Assembly (NCBI GenBank): GCA_028534125.1
Contig: CM052818.1
Coordinates: forward strand, 37,822,001-37,886,000
DNA length: 64,000 bases
Origin: Lama glama
Taxonomy: Eukaryota
Direction of reading: 5' to 3'
This document shows positions 12,560 through 26,089 of this stretch, one piece after another (the stretch's first letter is position 1; every line of letters begins with the position of its first letter). The notes beneath the pieces were generated by a model. The model was not told the origin of the DNA, did no database searches, and saw only the letters and a list, made by a program, of their open reading frames with translations. The position numbers were made by a program, and so were the translations under genes.

Positions 12560-13255
12560 ATCACTATTTGTATTCCTCTTCCACATCAATAGATTTCCGC
12601 TCTAAAAGTACATGAATATGTTCATAAATATACATACAGGATAGTGTTGTTTGCCATGTATAACTTTGACTTTTCATTCATGTTGTTGTACTTTAATCTC
12701 ATTTTCTTACTTTATTTTTTAAAGTGTATTTTAGAACGTATTTATATTGTAGTATATTATACCTAGTCCATTGCTTCTATAATGTATTTCATTGGATCCA
12801 TAATGTATTACTAATCTATCCTCCTACTGAGCATCCCTCAGCTTTCTGCTTACAAGAACACACACTTACAAACACCCCATGGCAATCAACTACCGTGTAC
12901 AAACCCCCTTACAGAACTTCCCTGAGCTATGCACTCAGGAATGGGCATGATTAATCATAAGCCAAATGCCTAGTTACTTACATGAAGTACCTGCTGAACA
13001 GTTTCCAGAATGGCTGAGGACACTGACATGATCAATGATCCAGAGTTCTTGACTCACCACATCTTCACCAACAGCTGGCATCCTGCACCTTTCCAATCAC
13101 GGCCATTCGTGTGAGTGTTGCCTGGGATCTCATTATCCCTGAATTTGCATTTTTCTCATTTCAACTTAGTTTGAATGATGCATTAGAGGAAATGTTTAGG
13201 TATTTTATCTTATTTCCCTGTGGTTTGCGTTTGTCCATTTTTTCTGTTGGATTTC
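12560..13255 (-). mobile_element. Ancient L1 (L1ME-like) 3' region
   Basis: Degenerate antisense ORF2-end motifs (tttccagaatggctg..., ccacatcttcaccaaca, gatctcattatccctgaatttgcatttt). Confidence 0.55.
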
Positions 13256-13294
13256 AAGCTGATTTTTCCAGCAAGAAGTGTAGGGGAGGCAGAC

Positions 13295-13425
13295 CAGAGC
13301 AGTGGTTAAAGGCAGAGACTCTGGAGTCAGACCAAGGTTCAATTCCTGGGCTCATGGTTTACAAGCTACATGATTTTACCAAGTTGTTTACGTTTCCACC
13401 TCTTCTGTATAAAGTGGTCATAGTC
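13295..13425 (+). mobile_element. MIR SINE
   Basis: cagtggttaaaggcagagactctggagtcagaccaaggttcaattcctgg. Confidence 0.7.
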
Positions 13426-13634
13426 TTAGTGAATGTTCAACATAGTCATCCGTTTACTATCACTATTGTATGGGCCCACAACAATCATTTGAAACATTAA
13501 CTGATAGGATTTTTGTTTAAAAAAAGCCTTGTATTCACCCTCTGCCTCGCCACCTTAAGGGAACATTTTACCAGAAGAATCAAAGTAAGGTAAGAGGTGA
13601 CAGATGACCATTTTCATTGTGATTGTGACTTTCT

Positions 13635-16600
13635 TTACCTTTTTTGATAAAGTAATATTGTAATGAGGTCTGATTTATATACGATCAAATGCACAGAACT
13701 GAAGTGCTCATTTCCTTTTTTGTTTTTTTTAAATTTTACGCATGCATGCAACTACCACTCAAAGCATTTCAAATATTTTCATCAAATCAGATAGTTTACG
13801 TTGCCCTCTGGTCAACCATCTTCACAGCCACACCCTTGGGACAATTTTTATTTTGATCACCACATAGCAGTCCTGCCTGTATGGGGGCTTTATATACATC
13901 AGGTGCTGCTGGATTCCTTGGCTCCACACAATGGTTTCTAATTTACTCATGTTGTTGTAATCATGTCATGTCGTTGCTCTGTTCCTTCTCATCACTGACC
14001 AGTAGGCTATGGAATGAATGTATCACAACTGGTTTATATACTATCCCGTTGATAAGCATTGGGTTTTGTCCAGTTTGGGGCCATTATGAATAAGGCTGCT
14101 AAGGAAGATTCTTTATCAGAAATGTGTTGGGCAGTGTGTGCATATGCTTTAGTATATTGGGAGGAAATTCAAACTAGGGCACAGAGTTATGTAGTATGTT
14201 TAACTTAAAAAAAAAAACTGCTAAATAGTTCTCCAAATGGTTGAAGCATTTTATACTCCTAGCAACAAGGTTCTAGAGGTCCAGCTGCTCCATGTATTTG
14301 TCAACATTTGGTATTGCCCATCTTTTTTTATTTTATCCATCCTACTGGGTGTGAAAAGGTATCTTACTGTGGTTGTAATTTCATTCCCTGATGATGAATT
14401 TCCTATCCATGTGTTTGTTGGCCATTTGTATGTCTTCATTTGTGGAGTAACTATTCAAATCTCTCGTGCTTTTTTGTTTACATTGGGTTGTCTTTTTTGT
14501 TGTTGATTTGTAGGAGTTCTTTATATATTCTGTATACAAGGTTCATATTTTTAATGTTTTAATGAGAAGATATTTTAATTTCAATAAAATTCTACTTATC
14601 TTTTTTTCTTTTGTGCTTTGTTCTTTTGAGGCTTATTTGCTGTTTAAGAACTCTTTCTTATTCCAATGCCATGAAGGCATCCGTTTGGGATTTTTCTTTT
14701 ATACTCTATTGTTCTAGCATTAATGTTTAACATGTTTCAATCTATGATTCATTTTGAATACACTTTTGTGTTTAGAGTGAAGTAGGAACCACATTTTATT
14801 CTTCGCAAATGAAATTCCAGTTGTTTCAACACTCATTTTTATGTTAAGTTTTTCTTTTCCTGTTTAACTGACTTGGTGTTGGTCAAAAGTCAATTGATTG
14901 ACTATTTATGAATAATTATAAACTCTGTTTTGTGATCTTAGAACAATGCCACACTGTATTACCAGGAACTTACAGTAGTCTTAAAATCAAATGATATAAA
15001 TACTTCCATTTTTTCCCAAGATAATTTTGCCTATTTAGATAATATTTTCATGTAAATTTTATAATCAGTTTGTCAATATCTTCAACAACAACAAAAGCCT
15101 TGTGGGGCTTTCATTGCAATTGGGTTGTATCTACAGAAATTTAATGAGAATTGACATCTTAAAAATATTGTCTTCCGGTCCATAAACATGACATATCTCC
15201 CTATTTATTTAAATCTTTAATTTCCCTCACCAATGTTTGGTAGTTTTCAATTTAGAGATCTTGCACATCTTTCATTAGTATTTTCTGTAGAGTTTTGATT
15301 TTTTTTATAATTTTGTAACTAGTAGCCTAAATATAATGTTTTACATTGTTGATGATATATTGAAATATAACTAATTTTTCTGTGCAATGGCCTTTAAGCT
15401 GTTTTTACTCATAAAATTTTTGACACCAAATACTTAGGGGTTTTTTTTCCCTCATACCAACCAATTCTCCACTTCTCTGGACAGCAACTGGGTGTCCACC
15501 AATCCAATTCAATTCTGACATTAAGTACCCAGAGTTAGCATCAGACTCCATGTGTTTAAGGCTTAGTCCAACAAGAAAGCCCTCACTTCAGACACCAGTC
15601 ACAGGTATTGGGTCTAAGTTACCCACTCTTCTGTTCAGCTTTGTCAAGGCGCAATGTCAAGGAATTCCCCAACCAAAACTTTCTCCTTTTTTTCAGATTT
15701 AATAATTTGCTAGAACAGCTCACAAGTTTCCAGAAAGCACTTTATTATTACCAGTTTATTTTAAAGGATGCTAATGAACAGCCAGATGAAGAGGTGCATA
15801 GAATGAAGTCCAGAAGTATTCCAGGCATAAGAACTTCTGTCCACACTGAGTTAGGTAGGCTCTGCCACCCTCCCAGCTTGTGGACGTCTTCACCAACTCA
15901 AGCTCTCCAAACTCAGCCATTTAGAGTTTTTTTCATGGAGGTTTCATCATGGAGGCATGCTTGATTATCGACTCAATCCCCAGCTCCTCTCTCCTTTCTG
16001 AAGGTTGGAGGAGTGGAACTGAAAGTCCAGGCTTTTATTCAAGGCTTGCTTTCTCGGGTGACCAGCCCCATCCTGAAACTATCTATGGGCCTGTCAAGAG
16101 TAATCATATTCAAAATAGAAGACACTTCTATCACCCAGGAAACTCCAAAAGTTGTATGAGCTTTGTGTCAAGAACCAGGGGCAAAACCTAAATACCTTTT
16201 TGTGATACCATAACCTTGAATTCTATAACATTAGTAAATTTGCTTATTCATATCCTAGTATATTTTCTGTGGATTTCATGTTTTCTACATATAAAATAAT
16301 GTCATCATTGAAAATTATAGTTTTAATTTTATCATATTTTTACCTTTCATTTCCTTCTGTTGCTTTAATGCATAGAAATTAAACTACCACCTTTAATAGA
16401 AGTTATGATAATGAATAATTTCCCTCATTTTTCAGCTTGAAAGTGTCCAATAATTTGGTGCCATTAAATGTGATGTTTATGTCTATTTTTCATACATGCA
16501 CTATATCAATATTGAGGAAATTTTCCATTTCTCTCTAGATTCCTAGTTTGCTGAGGTTTTTTTTTAATTATGAATGGATATTAGATTTTGTCAAATGCTT

Positions 16601-17985
16601 TCTTTCCATGATTTTTTACCTTTATTCTGTAAGTATAATGAATCTCATTGCTTAATTGTTTATGTTAAATCATCTTTGCTCTCTTGACATAATCCCCATT
16701 TGGCTGTAACATATCATCCTCACTAAATACTCCAAGATTTAGTCAGCTAATATTTAGTTAAGAAATGTTGCATCTGTATTATATGAAATATTGAGCAGTA
16801 ATTATTTTTTAGAATTTATTTTCAGTATTAGAATTATGCTGGCCCAGAAGACTAATTGGGAATTGTTCCTTCTTTATCTATGTCCTGAAAGAACTTGTGC
16901 AGAATTGATATTATTCTTCCTTAAATGTTTAATAAAATTCATAGTGAAATCATCTAGGCCTGGAGATTTCTATATGGAAATGCTTCTGATTATGATTTAA
17001 TTGCTTTAATAGCTATAGGGCTTTTCAGGTTTTTAATTTCTCCCTGTATCACTTGTTTTGAAGAAATTCATTAATACCATTAATATCAAAATTTTTGCCA
17101 TAAAGTTGTTTATAATATCTTCTTATTGTCATGTTAGTGTTTGTAGCATCTGTAGTCATGTTTCCTTTGTGCATTTCTAATATTGATAATTTAAATTTTG
17201 TCTTGTGTTTTTTGATTATTCTTCTTGTGTTTTTATCAATATTATTAATTTTTTCAGAGAAGCTACTTCAAACTTGCTGATTCCCGTATTGCTTATCCAT
17301 TTTCTACTCAATTCACTTTTGCTTTTATTTTTATTCGTTTCTTTTCTCATTTTGGGCATACTCTATTTTTCTTTTTGTTACCTTTACACACTGGAATATT
17401 AGATGACTAATTTTACACTTTTCTTCCTTTTCTAATATTGGCATTTAAAGCTATAAAACTCATTACATGAATGCTTACCTGCATTTTAATCGTTTGTTTT
17501 CATTATCATTTAGTTTGAAATAGTCTCTAATTTCTCCTGTGATGTATGTTTCACCTATAAATTATTTGAAATCATACCGTTTAATTTCCCAAGATTTGGA
17601 GATTTTCTTCGTGATCTTATTGTTACTGATTTTTAATTGAATACTATTGTATTCAGCACAAAGGGTCAGAAAATATGTTCTGCTTATTTCAATTATATAC
17701 TATTCATTGAACTTGTTCCACGGCTCGGCATACGGTTTATCTTAATTAACGTGGCATGTTCCTTTGAAATTAATGTGTATTCTTCAGTATGCAAGTGCAG
17801 TGTTCTCTAAGTGGCAGTTCAGTCAAGTTGATTGATAATGATTTGTTGTTGTTGTTTAGTCCACATTCTCTATCCTTAATGATTATTTATCTAAGTGTTC
17901 TATGAAGTAGAAATTGGGCATTTATTTATATTTCCAATATAGAATTTCTTTGTATTTCCATTTAGTTCTATTCACTTTTGCTTTA
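13635..17985 (-). mobile_element. Old L1M (L1MD/ME-like) 3' end and ORF2, interrupted by an LTR at 15395-16212
   Basis: Continuous antisense L1 motifs (ccagtttggggccattatgaataaggctgct; gagaattgacatctt; gattttgtcaaatgctttc; atagtgaaatcatctaggcctggag) on both sides of the LTR. Confidence 0.8.
15395..16212 (-). mobile_element. MER21-family-like solo LTR
   Basis: ctgggtgtccaccaatccaattcaattctgaca...gagttagcatcagactcca...cacttcagacaccag; far end reads ...ggttttgcccctggttcttgacacaaagctc on the minus strand. Possible 5-bp TSD gcctt (15390-15394) / acctt (16213-16217). Confidence 0.7.
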
Positions 17986-19860
17986 TTTAGCTTACTAAAT
18001 ATTGAGGTGAAATTCACATAACATAAAATTGACCACTTTAAAGTGAGCAATCCAGAGGCATTTAGTATATTCACAGTGGTGTTCAACTTCTACTTCTGTC
18101 TGGTTCCAACACGTCTCCATCACTCCAAAGTAAAGGCTCTCACTCATTAAGCAGTTTCTCTCCATCCTTCCCTCTCCCAGCAATCTGTGCTCTGTCTCTA
18201 TGACTTTATCTGTTCTGAATAGTTCATACAAATGAAATCATACACTATTTGTCCTTTATCATTTGGCTTATTTCAGCTGGCGCAATGATTTAGAGGTACC
18301 TCCATGTTGTAGCGTGTATTGATACTTCATTCCTTTTATGGTTGAAGAATATTCCACTGTATGCATATAACACCATTTATTTATCCAAGAATCCATTGAT
18401 CGACCTTTGGACCATTTCCACCTTTCGACTGTTGTGAATAGTGCTGCTACACAGATGAATTTGTTTAAGGATCTGTTTTTAATTCTTTTCTGTAAGTACC
18501 TAGGAGTAGAACTGTGCAATTATATGGTAATTCTATATTTAACTTTTTGAGGAACCTTTGAACTCTTTTTCCACAGCAGCTGAGCTTCTTTGAATTCCCT
18601 CCAGCAAAATGCAAGGTTCCCAATTTTGCTACATTCTTTTCAACACTTATTATTTTCCATTTTTTCTTTTATAATAGCCATCCTTGTGGGTATGAAGTCG
18701 GTACCTCATTGTGGTTTTGATTTGCATTTTCCTGATAACTAATGATGTTGAGCATCTTTTCTTTCTTGGGCCTTCGAATATCTTCTTTGGAGAAATATCA
18801 CTGAAAGTTTTCTGCTGATTTTTAATTAGGTTGTTTGTCTTTCTGTTATTGACTTGTAAGATTTCTTTATATATTCTTGATAATCCACCCTTATCAAATA
18901 AGTGATATCAAATATTTTTTGTGGGTTCTGTTGGTTCTTCACTCTGTAGATTGCCTTTTTGTCTTTTGATAATGCCCTTTAAAGCACAAATTTTTAAATT
19001 TTGATAGTCTTTGTATTTTTTTCTCTTATACATGTTTTTGTGTCATATGTGAAAAATGAAATCTAAAGTCATGAAAATTTACCTCTATATTATCTTCTAT
19101 TGATTTCATGATTTTAGTTGTTGTATTGTGGGTATGATCCATTTAGAAGTATTTGTATATTTCTTTGAGATTGAGATTCAACTTCATTCTTTCATATATG
19201 GATATTCAATTGTCCCAGGACCATCTGTTGAAGAGAATATTTCTTCCTGATTGGATTATCTTGTCACTCTTGTTGAAGAATCAATTGGTAATAGATATAT
19301 AGGCATACTTATGAGCTGTCAATTCTATTCCTTTGGTCTCCATTTTTATCCTTATGCCAAAACCAAACTGGTTTTTTTATTATTATTATTATTATTAATG
19401 CAGCTTTCTAGTGAGTTTTAAAATCAGAAAGTATGAGCTAGCCAATTTTGTTATTTTTCAATATTGACCTGGCTGTTCAAGCCTCTTTTTGATTCCATAT
19501 GATTCTGAGGCTTAGCTTTGCCATTTCTGCAAAAAAAAAAAAAGACAAAGAAGAAGAAAAGAAAAGAAAAGATCATTGGGATTTTGATGTTGTTTGGATT
19601 GAATCTGCTGATCACCGTGGGAAGTATTGAAATTTTAACCAGATTCAGTTATCCAATTTATGAAAATGGGATGTCTTTCAGTTTTTTATATCTTAATTTC
19701 TTTCTTCAATGTTTTATAATTTTCAGCATGCAAGTATTTTGCCTTCTTGGTTAAGTTTATTCCTAGATATTTTATTCTTTAGGATGCTATGATACATTAA
19801 TTTAATTTCTTCATTTTCTTTTTGGAATGTTTATTGTCGGCATATAGAAACATGACTGGA
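17981..19860 (-). mobile_element. L1MB-type LINE-1 (3' end plus ORF2 part)
   Basis: attgaggtgaaattcacataacataaaattgaccactttaaagtg...gcatttagtatattcacag 3' end, then antisense ORF2 (tacctcattgtggttttgatttgcattt). Confidence 0.85.
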
Positions 19861-21680
19861 AAGTATGTGTTTTTGTTTCAGCAGGCAGTGCCTTGAAAGG
19901 TTGATTACCTTAAATATGTGGGCTTGTATTTGATTTCTGACGCAGATCTGTGACATGCTGATAGTGTTCCCCAAGTCCCTCAAATCTGATGAGACACAAC
20001 CTTCAAATTCTCTCTCCCCTGGGGTTCCTGTTAAGGCTTGATTTCAGTCTTCTTTGAGTGTAGGTCTTACGTTAAAGTGTGATCTTTACTCATAAGTAGT
20101 GGCCTTTCTATTATTTTAGCTGGCAGTTAGGGCTGTTAAGAAATGATTAATGAGGTCTCTACTCTGGCACAGTCAGTACTTCAGAACCTCCCAGGATTTC
20201 TTTTCCCCCAGTAGTGTTCAACCTCCAGTATCTCTGTTTTACTCTCAACCTCATAGCAGCTGGTCTCCAGTAAGTCTTGGTTGGTCTCTTCATGAACACA
20301 TATAACCCATCTCTCAACCACAGAATCATAAAGGACACCCATAGTGAATTCTGGGCCCCTTCTCTACATAGCTTCCTCTTCCCCAATATTCCATGCCGTA
20401 GATTGGAGCCATTTCAGCAGCTTCAATTCCAGTGTCTTCTTAATTTCAATAGGAAGCCCTTCTGAACTAGAGCTGCATCAATTTTTTGCCCAAATAGGGA
20501 AACTTCCCCCAAGCTGGTCATCAAGGAGCTTCGCTCAGGAGTTCCCCTTCTTTTAGGTTCAAAGTATCATGCGACCTGTTTTCTTTTGACGAAAGACCAG
20601 CCGTCTACTGTATTTTATCCAGTTTTACTATTGTTAGGATGGGAAAGCTAGTGAGGTAAAAGTCACTCCATCATGGCTAGAAGTGAAAACTCCATCAGAA
20701 TTATTTTAATATCTCTGCCTATTAATTCCATCTAGGTCATCTCAATTGTTTGCTCTCTTGACCACAAGGTGCATTTCCTTGCTTCATCCTATATCTTGAA
20801 ATTTTTGATTAAATGCCAGCCATTTTGCATAAGAAACAAAAACAGTAGACACTGAGGTAAACAATGTCTAATTCTAAAAGAGGGCATGTCACTTCTCCTG
20901 TTAAGATAATAATGGGAGGAGGGGACTGGCTGAGTTTAATTATTTGATGACCTGGGTCTGGGCATGATTGCAGGTTTAATTAATTTAATTTACCTCTAAT
21001 TTCAAAATGTTGAGGACTGTATCAGAATTTTTCCTTTAGAAGAGCTTGGATTAAGAACACTAGAGAGAGTCCAGAGATCTCGTTATGTTTTACAGACAAA
21101 CTTGCAGCTTTCCAGAATGCTAAGAGATCTTTCTTTAATTTAGAGACTAGTGTTAAGCTTTTGGGGTGCTGGGAATTCTCTTTGTTGTCCTTCCCATCAC
21201 CCTCTGCTTTCTGTGCCTCTAGAGTGCTCTTTCTCCTTGGCTGATTCATTCTGACTTTCAGGGGAAAGCTGCAGTGTACCTGGGAAAAAGAGATTTTTTT
21301 TCGTTTTCTACACTGCTTATGGCTTCCGCACATCACTCCTTTGCATTTGTTATGGGAATGAGTTTTTGTGGTGGTTTGGGCACAATCTGTGGCTGAGACT
21401 TTCTAGAATCCTAATGCATTTTGCCAGCCTCCATGTACACTTCATACATTTGTAGAAAGTCTACCTTTTCTTCAATATCCCAACCTGTGTTGAGTTTATT
21501 CACCTTGTGCTTCTCTGCTAAGGATTGTAGCAGTCATGAGCCTTTTTTTTTTTTCCTCCCAGCTATTTGAAATTAAGTTTATTTAATTTATTTAGGCTGT
21601 CTGTTGGGTTTCTAAAGAGGTAGTGGATTCTCATTGTCAGATAAGAGCAACAGTCTCTTGAAATGTTTCCTACGTGCTTT
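19860..21680 (-). mobile_element. Probable ancient L1 5' UTR/ORF1-proximal fragments (two pieces)
   Basis: Resembles remembered old L1M 5'-end sequence (tcagcaggcagt; ctctactctggc; catttccttgcttc...gaaatttttgattaaatgccag). Subfamily not assignable. Confidence 0.4.
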
Positions 21681-22799
21681 TGGTTTTATATACATGTATA
21701 TTTCTTTCTGAAATCAATTCTTTCCCCCAGAATTCCAGACAGAGGTCCAACATGCTTTGAGTCTTCAGATACTCACTGTTAAGAGTTCACAAATGCAGTA
21801 TTCAGAAGACAGAGTACTGAGCATGAAATCTAGTTAGTATTTAGGGGTTTGGGCAGTTTAAACTCGTATATGAATATTTCTCTTAGAAGCCTAGAAACCA
21901 CATGTAACTGTTCTCTCTCTGGGCTATGAGCCCTTAGAATTCTCCCTTCTGACTATTTAATCTACTGACTTCTTAATCTCCTGTATGGAAACTGTTTAGG
22001 ATAACCCTTCACCTCTCTTGAAAGAAGCAGGAAAGATGTGGGGAGCCCAGAGGGGAATTTAAAGGGGTGGAGAGAGAGGCAGAAGTGGGGAGAGGCAGCG
22101 AGGGTGGCTGGGACACCAGGAATAGGAGGATAGGCAGGGAGCCTCTGGGGAGGCTCAGGCAGGCTTCCTGGCAGAGCAGGAGACTGATGGCTAGGACTCA
22201 GTAACTCAGCTTCCATGTGTCCTCAGTCATCTGTGGAGAAAGCCAGCTAGCAAAGAAGGGGAGGATGCTGGCCCTGTTCCTGTAAGTTATTTCTGGATAC
22301 ATTATTCATATTTGATAAATCATTTAGAGGCAGCTACTTTATTAGCTTATAAAGCACATTATATGGTTTTAAATTGTTAATACAGGCTGTTGTGATGCAT
22401 ACTGTACCTCAGAAAAGCCATGCATCACTTTAATTCATAGCCTCATTATAAAGCTTGTTACAAAGTGCTGCATTATTGCATGGAGGATAGTGGAGTAACG
22501 TTTCTGCAAGAAACCTGAATGTTTTATTTACATCATCAATGGCTTGGTAGGGCCCATAAGAAGTGCATTGGAAGATGGAGTCAGATCAAATTTTGAGCTT
22601 TTGGAGGACAGAGACCTAAATCTGCCTCCTCTAGATGTATCTTAATCCAGATTTAGCATGTGATTCTAGTTTGGATGCATAGGTATCCAGAAAAGTCTTG
22701 CTTGAGTGATCACTTGCTTAGTGTTCCTGGATGTGCTGGCTTGTCTACTTCTCTAGGACCCCTAGAAACATTGGTACAAACCTGAGCCTAGGACCTGCT

Positions 22800-22920
22800 T
22801 TTCATTTATTTATTTAAGAGGTGCTGATCACCATCCATGTGACAGACACGGTTCTAGACATTGGAGATAAGATAGTTTAGCAGCATAGTTTTACTCCCCG
22901 ACTTCATGAAATTTACCAGT
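22800..22920 (-). mobile_element. L2 3' end
   Basis: ttcatttatttattta...ccatgtgacagacacggttctagacattggagata. Confidence 0.55.
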
Positions 22921-23104
22921 GCAGTAAGGTGAGATCGGGTGAATTTGTGCTGGAGTATTGAAATCAACTAAGTTGTAATACAATTTGTAGATGACAAGGG
23001 CAGCATACTAGTAAATTAACCAAATGTTTAGATGTCTGAATGATCAACAGATCTTCATTCAAACTGCAAATCAAACCACCTCTTCCAGGAAGGTCAACTT
23101 GACC

Positions 23105-23320
23105 AAGAAGTCAAACAAATCTAAGTTTGAATCTTTATTCACTTACTGGCTGTCTGTCCTTGGGTAGGTCACTTAGCCTCATTGGTACTCAGATTTCTTA
23201 TCTGTAAAGTGAGAATAACTATTGCCTTGTCTCACTGACTCACTTTGAGTATTAAAGACACAAACAGATATTTAGCTGAAAGTCTGAGACATTGCAGATA
23301 CTCAGTAGTCATCGTTTCAA
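23105..23320 (+). mobile_element. MIR SINE
   Basis: gtccttgggtaggtcacttagcctc...tcagatttcttatctgtaaagtgagaataac. Confidence 0.75.
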
Positions 23321-24019
23321 CCATTCAACAGTTGAAAGCAGAAGGTGGCAGTGCTCCTCAAATGGACTTGAAACGTGCGCAGGTTTATACCGTGGCATTC
23401 ACCACGGTAGAGTATCAAGGATGAAATTATATTTTAGGTTAGTGTTAAAGCCTCTGAAATGTAAAGGCTCTCTTGAGATCATGTGTAATACAATTCAGTG
23501 CCTGGAACTTGGCATCTTTCTCCTCTTGTGAACTGCTGTTCTGTACATGGCTTTCTGGAACCTAAAGTAAGGGACTGTCTCTCATTTGAAATCAGTGGGA
23601 ACTCTATTTAGGTCATACTGAAGGTTCATGTTGAAGAGTAATTGAAAATGATGTAGATTGGAAGAGAGAAAGTCATGAAGGGCACTGAACATTAGTTCAA
23701 AGAATGCAGGCTTGATGAGCAGACATGGGGAACCAGAGCTGGTCCCTAACAGTGTAGAGAAAATGCTACATCATCAGAGCTTGATTTTAGGAAGTCTTAT
23801 GGATCAGTATGTGTGTGGGAAGTGGGTAGTGGGAGATGGGAGCTAAATTAGAGGAGAAGACATGTGTTGACCCAGTTTGGAAGGTAGAGCAGTCAGCATC
23901 TTCCAGATTCTATAGTCACTGCCTCCCCCAGTTTTCCTGACGTCTCTACCATCTAACTCCTGTGGGGTACCCAAAGCCCATGCTGATGCAGTCTTCCCTC
24001 CATGCGACAGAAGAGCAGT

Positions 24020-24071
24020 GCTGTCTGTGACTATCACTGAGAGATGCTACCTGTGACTATCATTAAGAGAT
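24020..24071. repeat. 26-bp tandem duplication (22/26 identical)
   Basis: gctgtctgtgactatcactgagagat / gctacctgtgactatcattaagagat. Confidence 0.85.
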
Positions 24072-25296
24072 AGGTGTTCCTATAAGTTTTTGGGGGGGCT
24101 GTCTAGGAAAAGCAGAGCTAAGAAAACTCTGACAAGGAAAGAAAAGTGAAAAGTCATGCCTGAATGATATCATTATACTAAACTTTGGAACTGGAAAATG
24201 CTTCCTTCATGTATATGGAAAATGTGCAATAAGTAACATTCGCCTTAAAGTTTATTTTTAGTTATGGAATGATGGAATGTGGTTGCCTGTGCCCCAAGTC
24301 ACCTGCATGCTGTGACTTTAGTCTTACTAGAAATAATTTTTCATAAAATGCTTTTTTGAACGTTAAAAACAGAAGAAAAAAAGACAAGTCTCACATATTT
24401 TAGAGTTAATGAAGTTCAATGTTAGCAAGTCATTTACATCAAAAATAAGCATAGGCAGAAGAGAAAGAATCCACACAAATACTTTTTTTAGATGAGATCT
24501 GTGCTAACAGGTGACTATCCAGACCAAAGAAACATTTTCATCTGGTACCTTTTGATTTCTGAATCTATGAAATAGAGTACGGGAGGGAAGTACAAACACC
24601 CCGAAGCTCCCCCAGAAAATAAGTTGTTAACATTGAGTGACTTACTTCTAACTTTTTATTTACCAAACTAGCACCTGTGCATGCTTTCACTCTAATTTTA
24701 AAACTCTGGCATTTTTATTAAAGCAAGAGGCAGATGAGTGATGAATTCTCACATTCACTTGGTGTTAGATATGACAAGATGGCAGGAAACCTACCGTCTT
24801 AATTAACAGGCAGGAACTCGTGGGTTCATAAAGAAATCATCCACAACCATGTGCTCCAAAGTGGATTCTCCGTTCTCTCTTGGTTGAAGCTGAAATACTT
24901 AGGTAGGAAATGTCCTCAATTAGCTCCGAGGCTGTGTTTACCGAGTTCAAGGACAGTTTCCCAGGAGTCACCAGGAAACGGCTCTCACAGGGCAAGTGGA
25001 TGCTGTCAAAGGAATGGGGTCTCCAGATTGTGAACCATGGACCATGTTTTTTGAATCCTCTTTCTCTTTCTTTTCTCCAACCCCCAAGAACTCAAAGACT
25101 TAGCCGCTGCCTTCTGCTCTCCTGCCAGGGCTCCTCTTCCTCCCAAAAGAGGAACAGAGCCGAATAGTTTTTCAGGTAACATTTCTGTTTGAAAACAAAG
25201 CGTGAGAGCTCCTTTTACATTTTTCTGGGTGTTTACTGCTATTAAAAAACAAATAAACAGAGGGATTAAGAGGGAACATAAAACACAAGCGTGCAA

Positions 25297-25320
25297 GCGC
25301 GCGCGCGCACACACACACAC
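25297..25320. repeat. (GC)6(AC)6 alternating purine-pyrimidine microsatellite
   Basis: gcgcgcgcgcgcacacacacacac read directly. Confidence 0.9.
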
Positions 25321-26075
25321 TATCCTTTCCATTTATGTAGGTCTTTTCAATGTGCAGAGTCACTCTATAGATGGGATCTCCCTGGGGAGGGACGGTGTTA
25401 GTCTTATCCCTACTTCACTCATGAGGAAACAGAGAGCCAGAGAGTTTGTAAGATCTCCTGCTGGTGGAATTGGACCTGTTACCAATGCTGAGAGAGTCCT
25501 GGCTGCCTGGCTCCTCCTAACACAACATGAGGAACACTTGAAAGGGCCAGTAAGAGTTTCTCTGGAATTTGCAAAAATGTTAGTGGGGTGAAACCGATTT
25601 TTATGTAATTGTCAGCACTTTTAAGCATTTATCACGTGCCCAGTCATATGGGTAAGTTCATGGACATTTGATCCTAACGAAAGCCCACAAGAGAGGACTT
25701 TTCTTCCTAATTTTATAGACTGAAGTGGTGTTTTCTTCTAACTGCATATTTCTGAGCCAGGCACTGAGTCCTCCTGGTTCCCTCACACTCCGTCACGCCC
25801 TTCTCAGCACAGCTCACTCCGCGGGATGGTCAGACATGATCATAAGTCCTGCTCTTTTAGGCACGGATTTCCCAACATCATTAAGAGGAGCAGGGAGGTG
25901 GGGGTCGGCGGGTGGCAGGTGCAGCTTCCTCTTCTCATTCCTCACTGCCTGTCCCCACTGGTCTCTCCTAGATCCAGCCTCTAAGTGCCCTCTGATCATA
26001 TTGGACAGTCGTCAGACACTGTCCTGTAACCGGACCCAAGGCTGTGCTGTAAGGTTTCGCTGGTTGTGCCCTGAA

Positions 26076-26089
26076 ACTCCAGGGGGCGC
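26076..26089 (+). promoter_or_regulatory. Candidate CTCF site
   Basis: ACTCCAGGGGGCGC matches 12/14 of the CCASYAGRKGGCRS core with the CpG intact, in a locally CpG-rich unique stretch. Confidence 0.5.
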
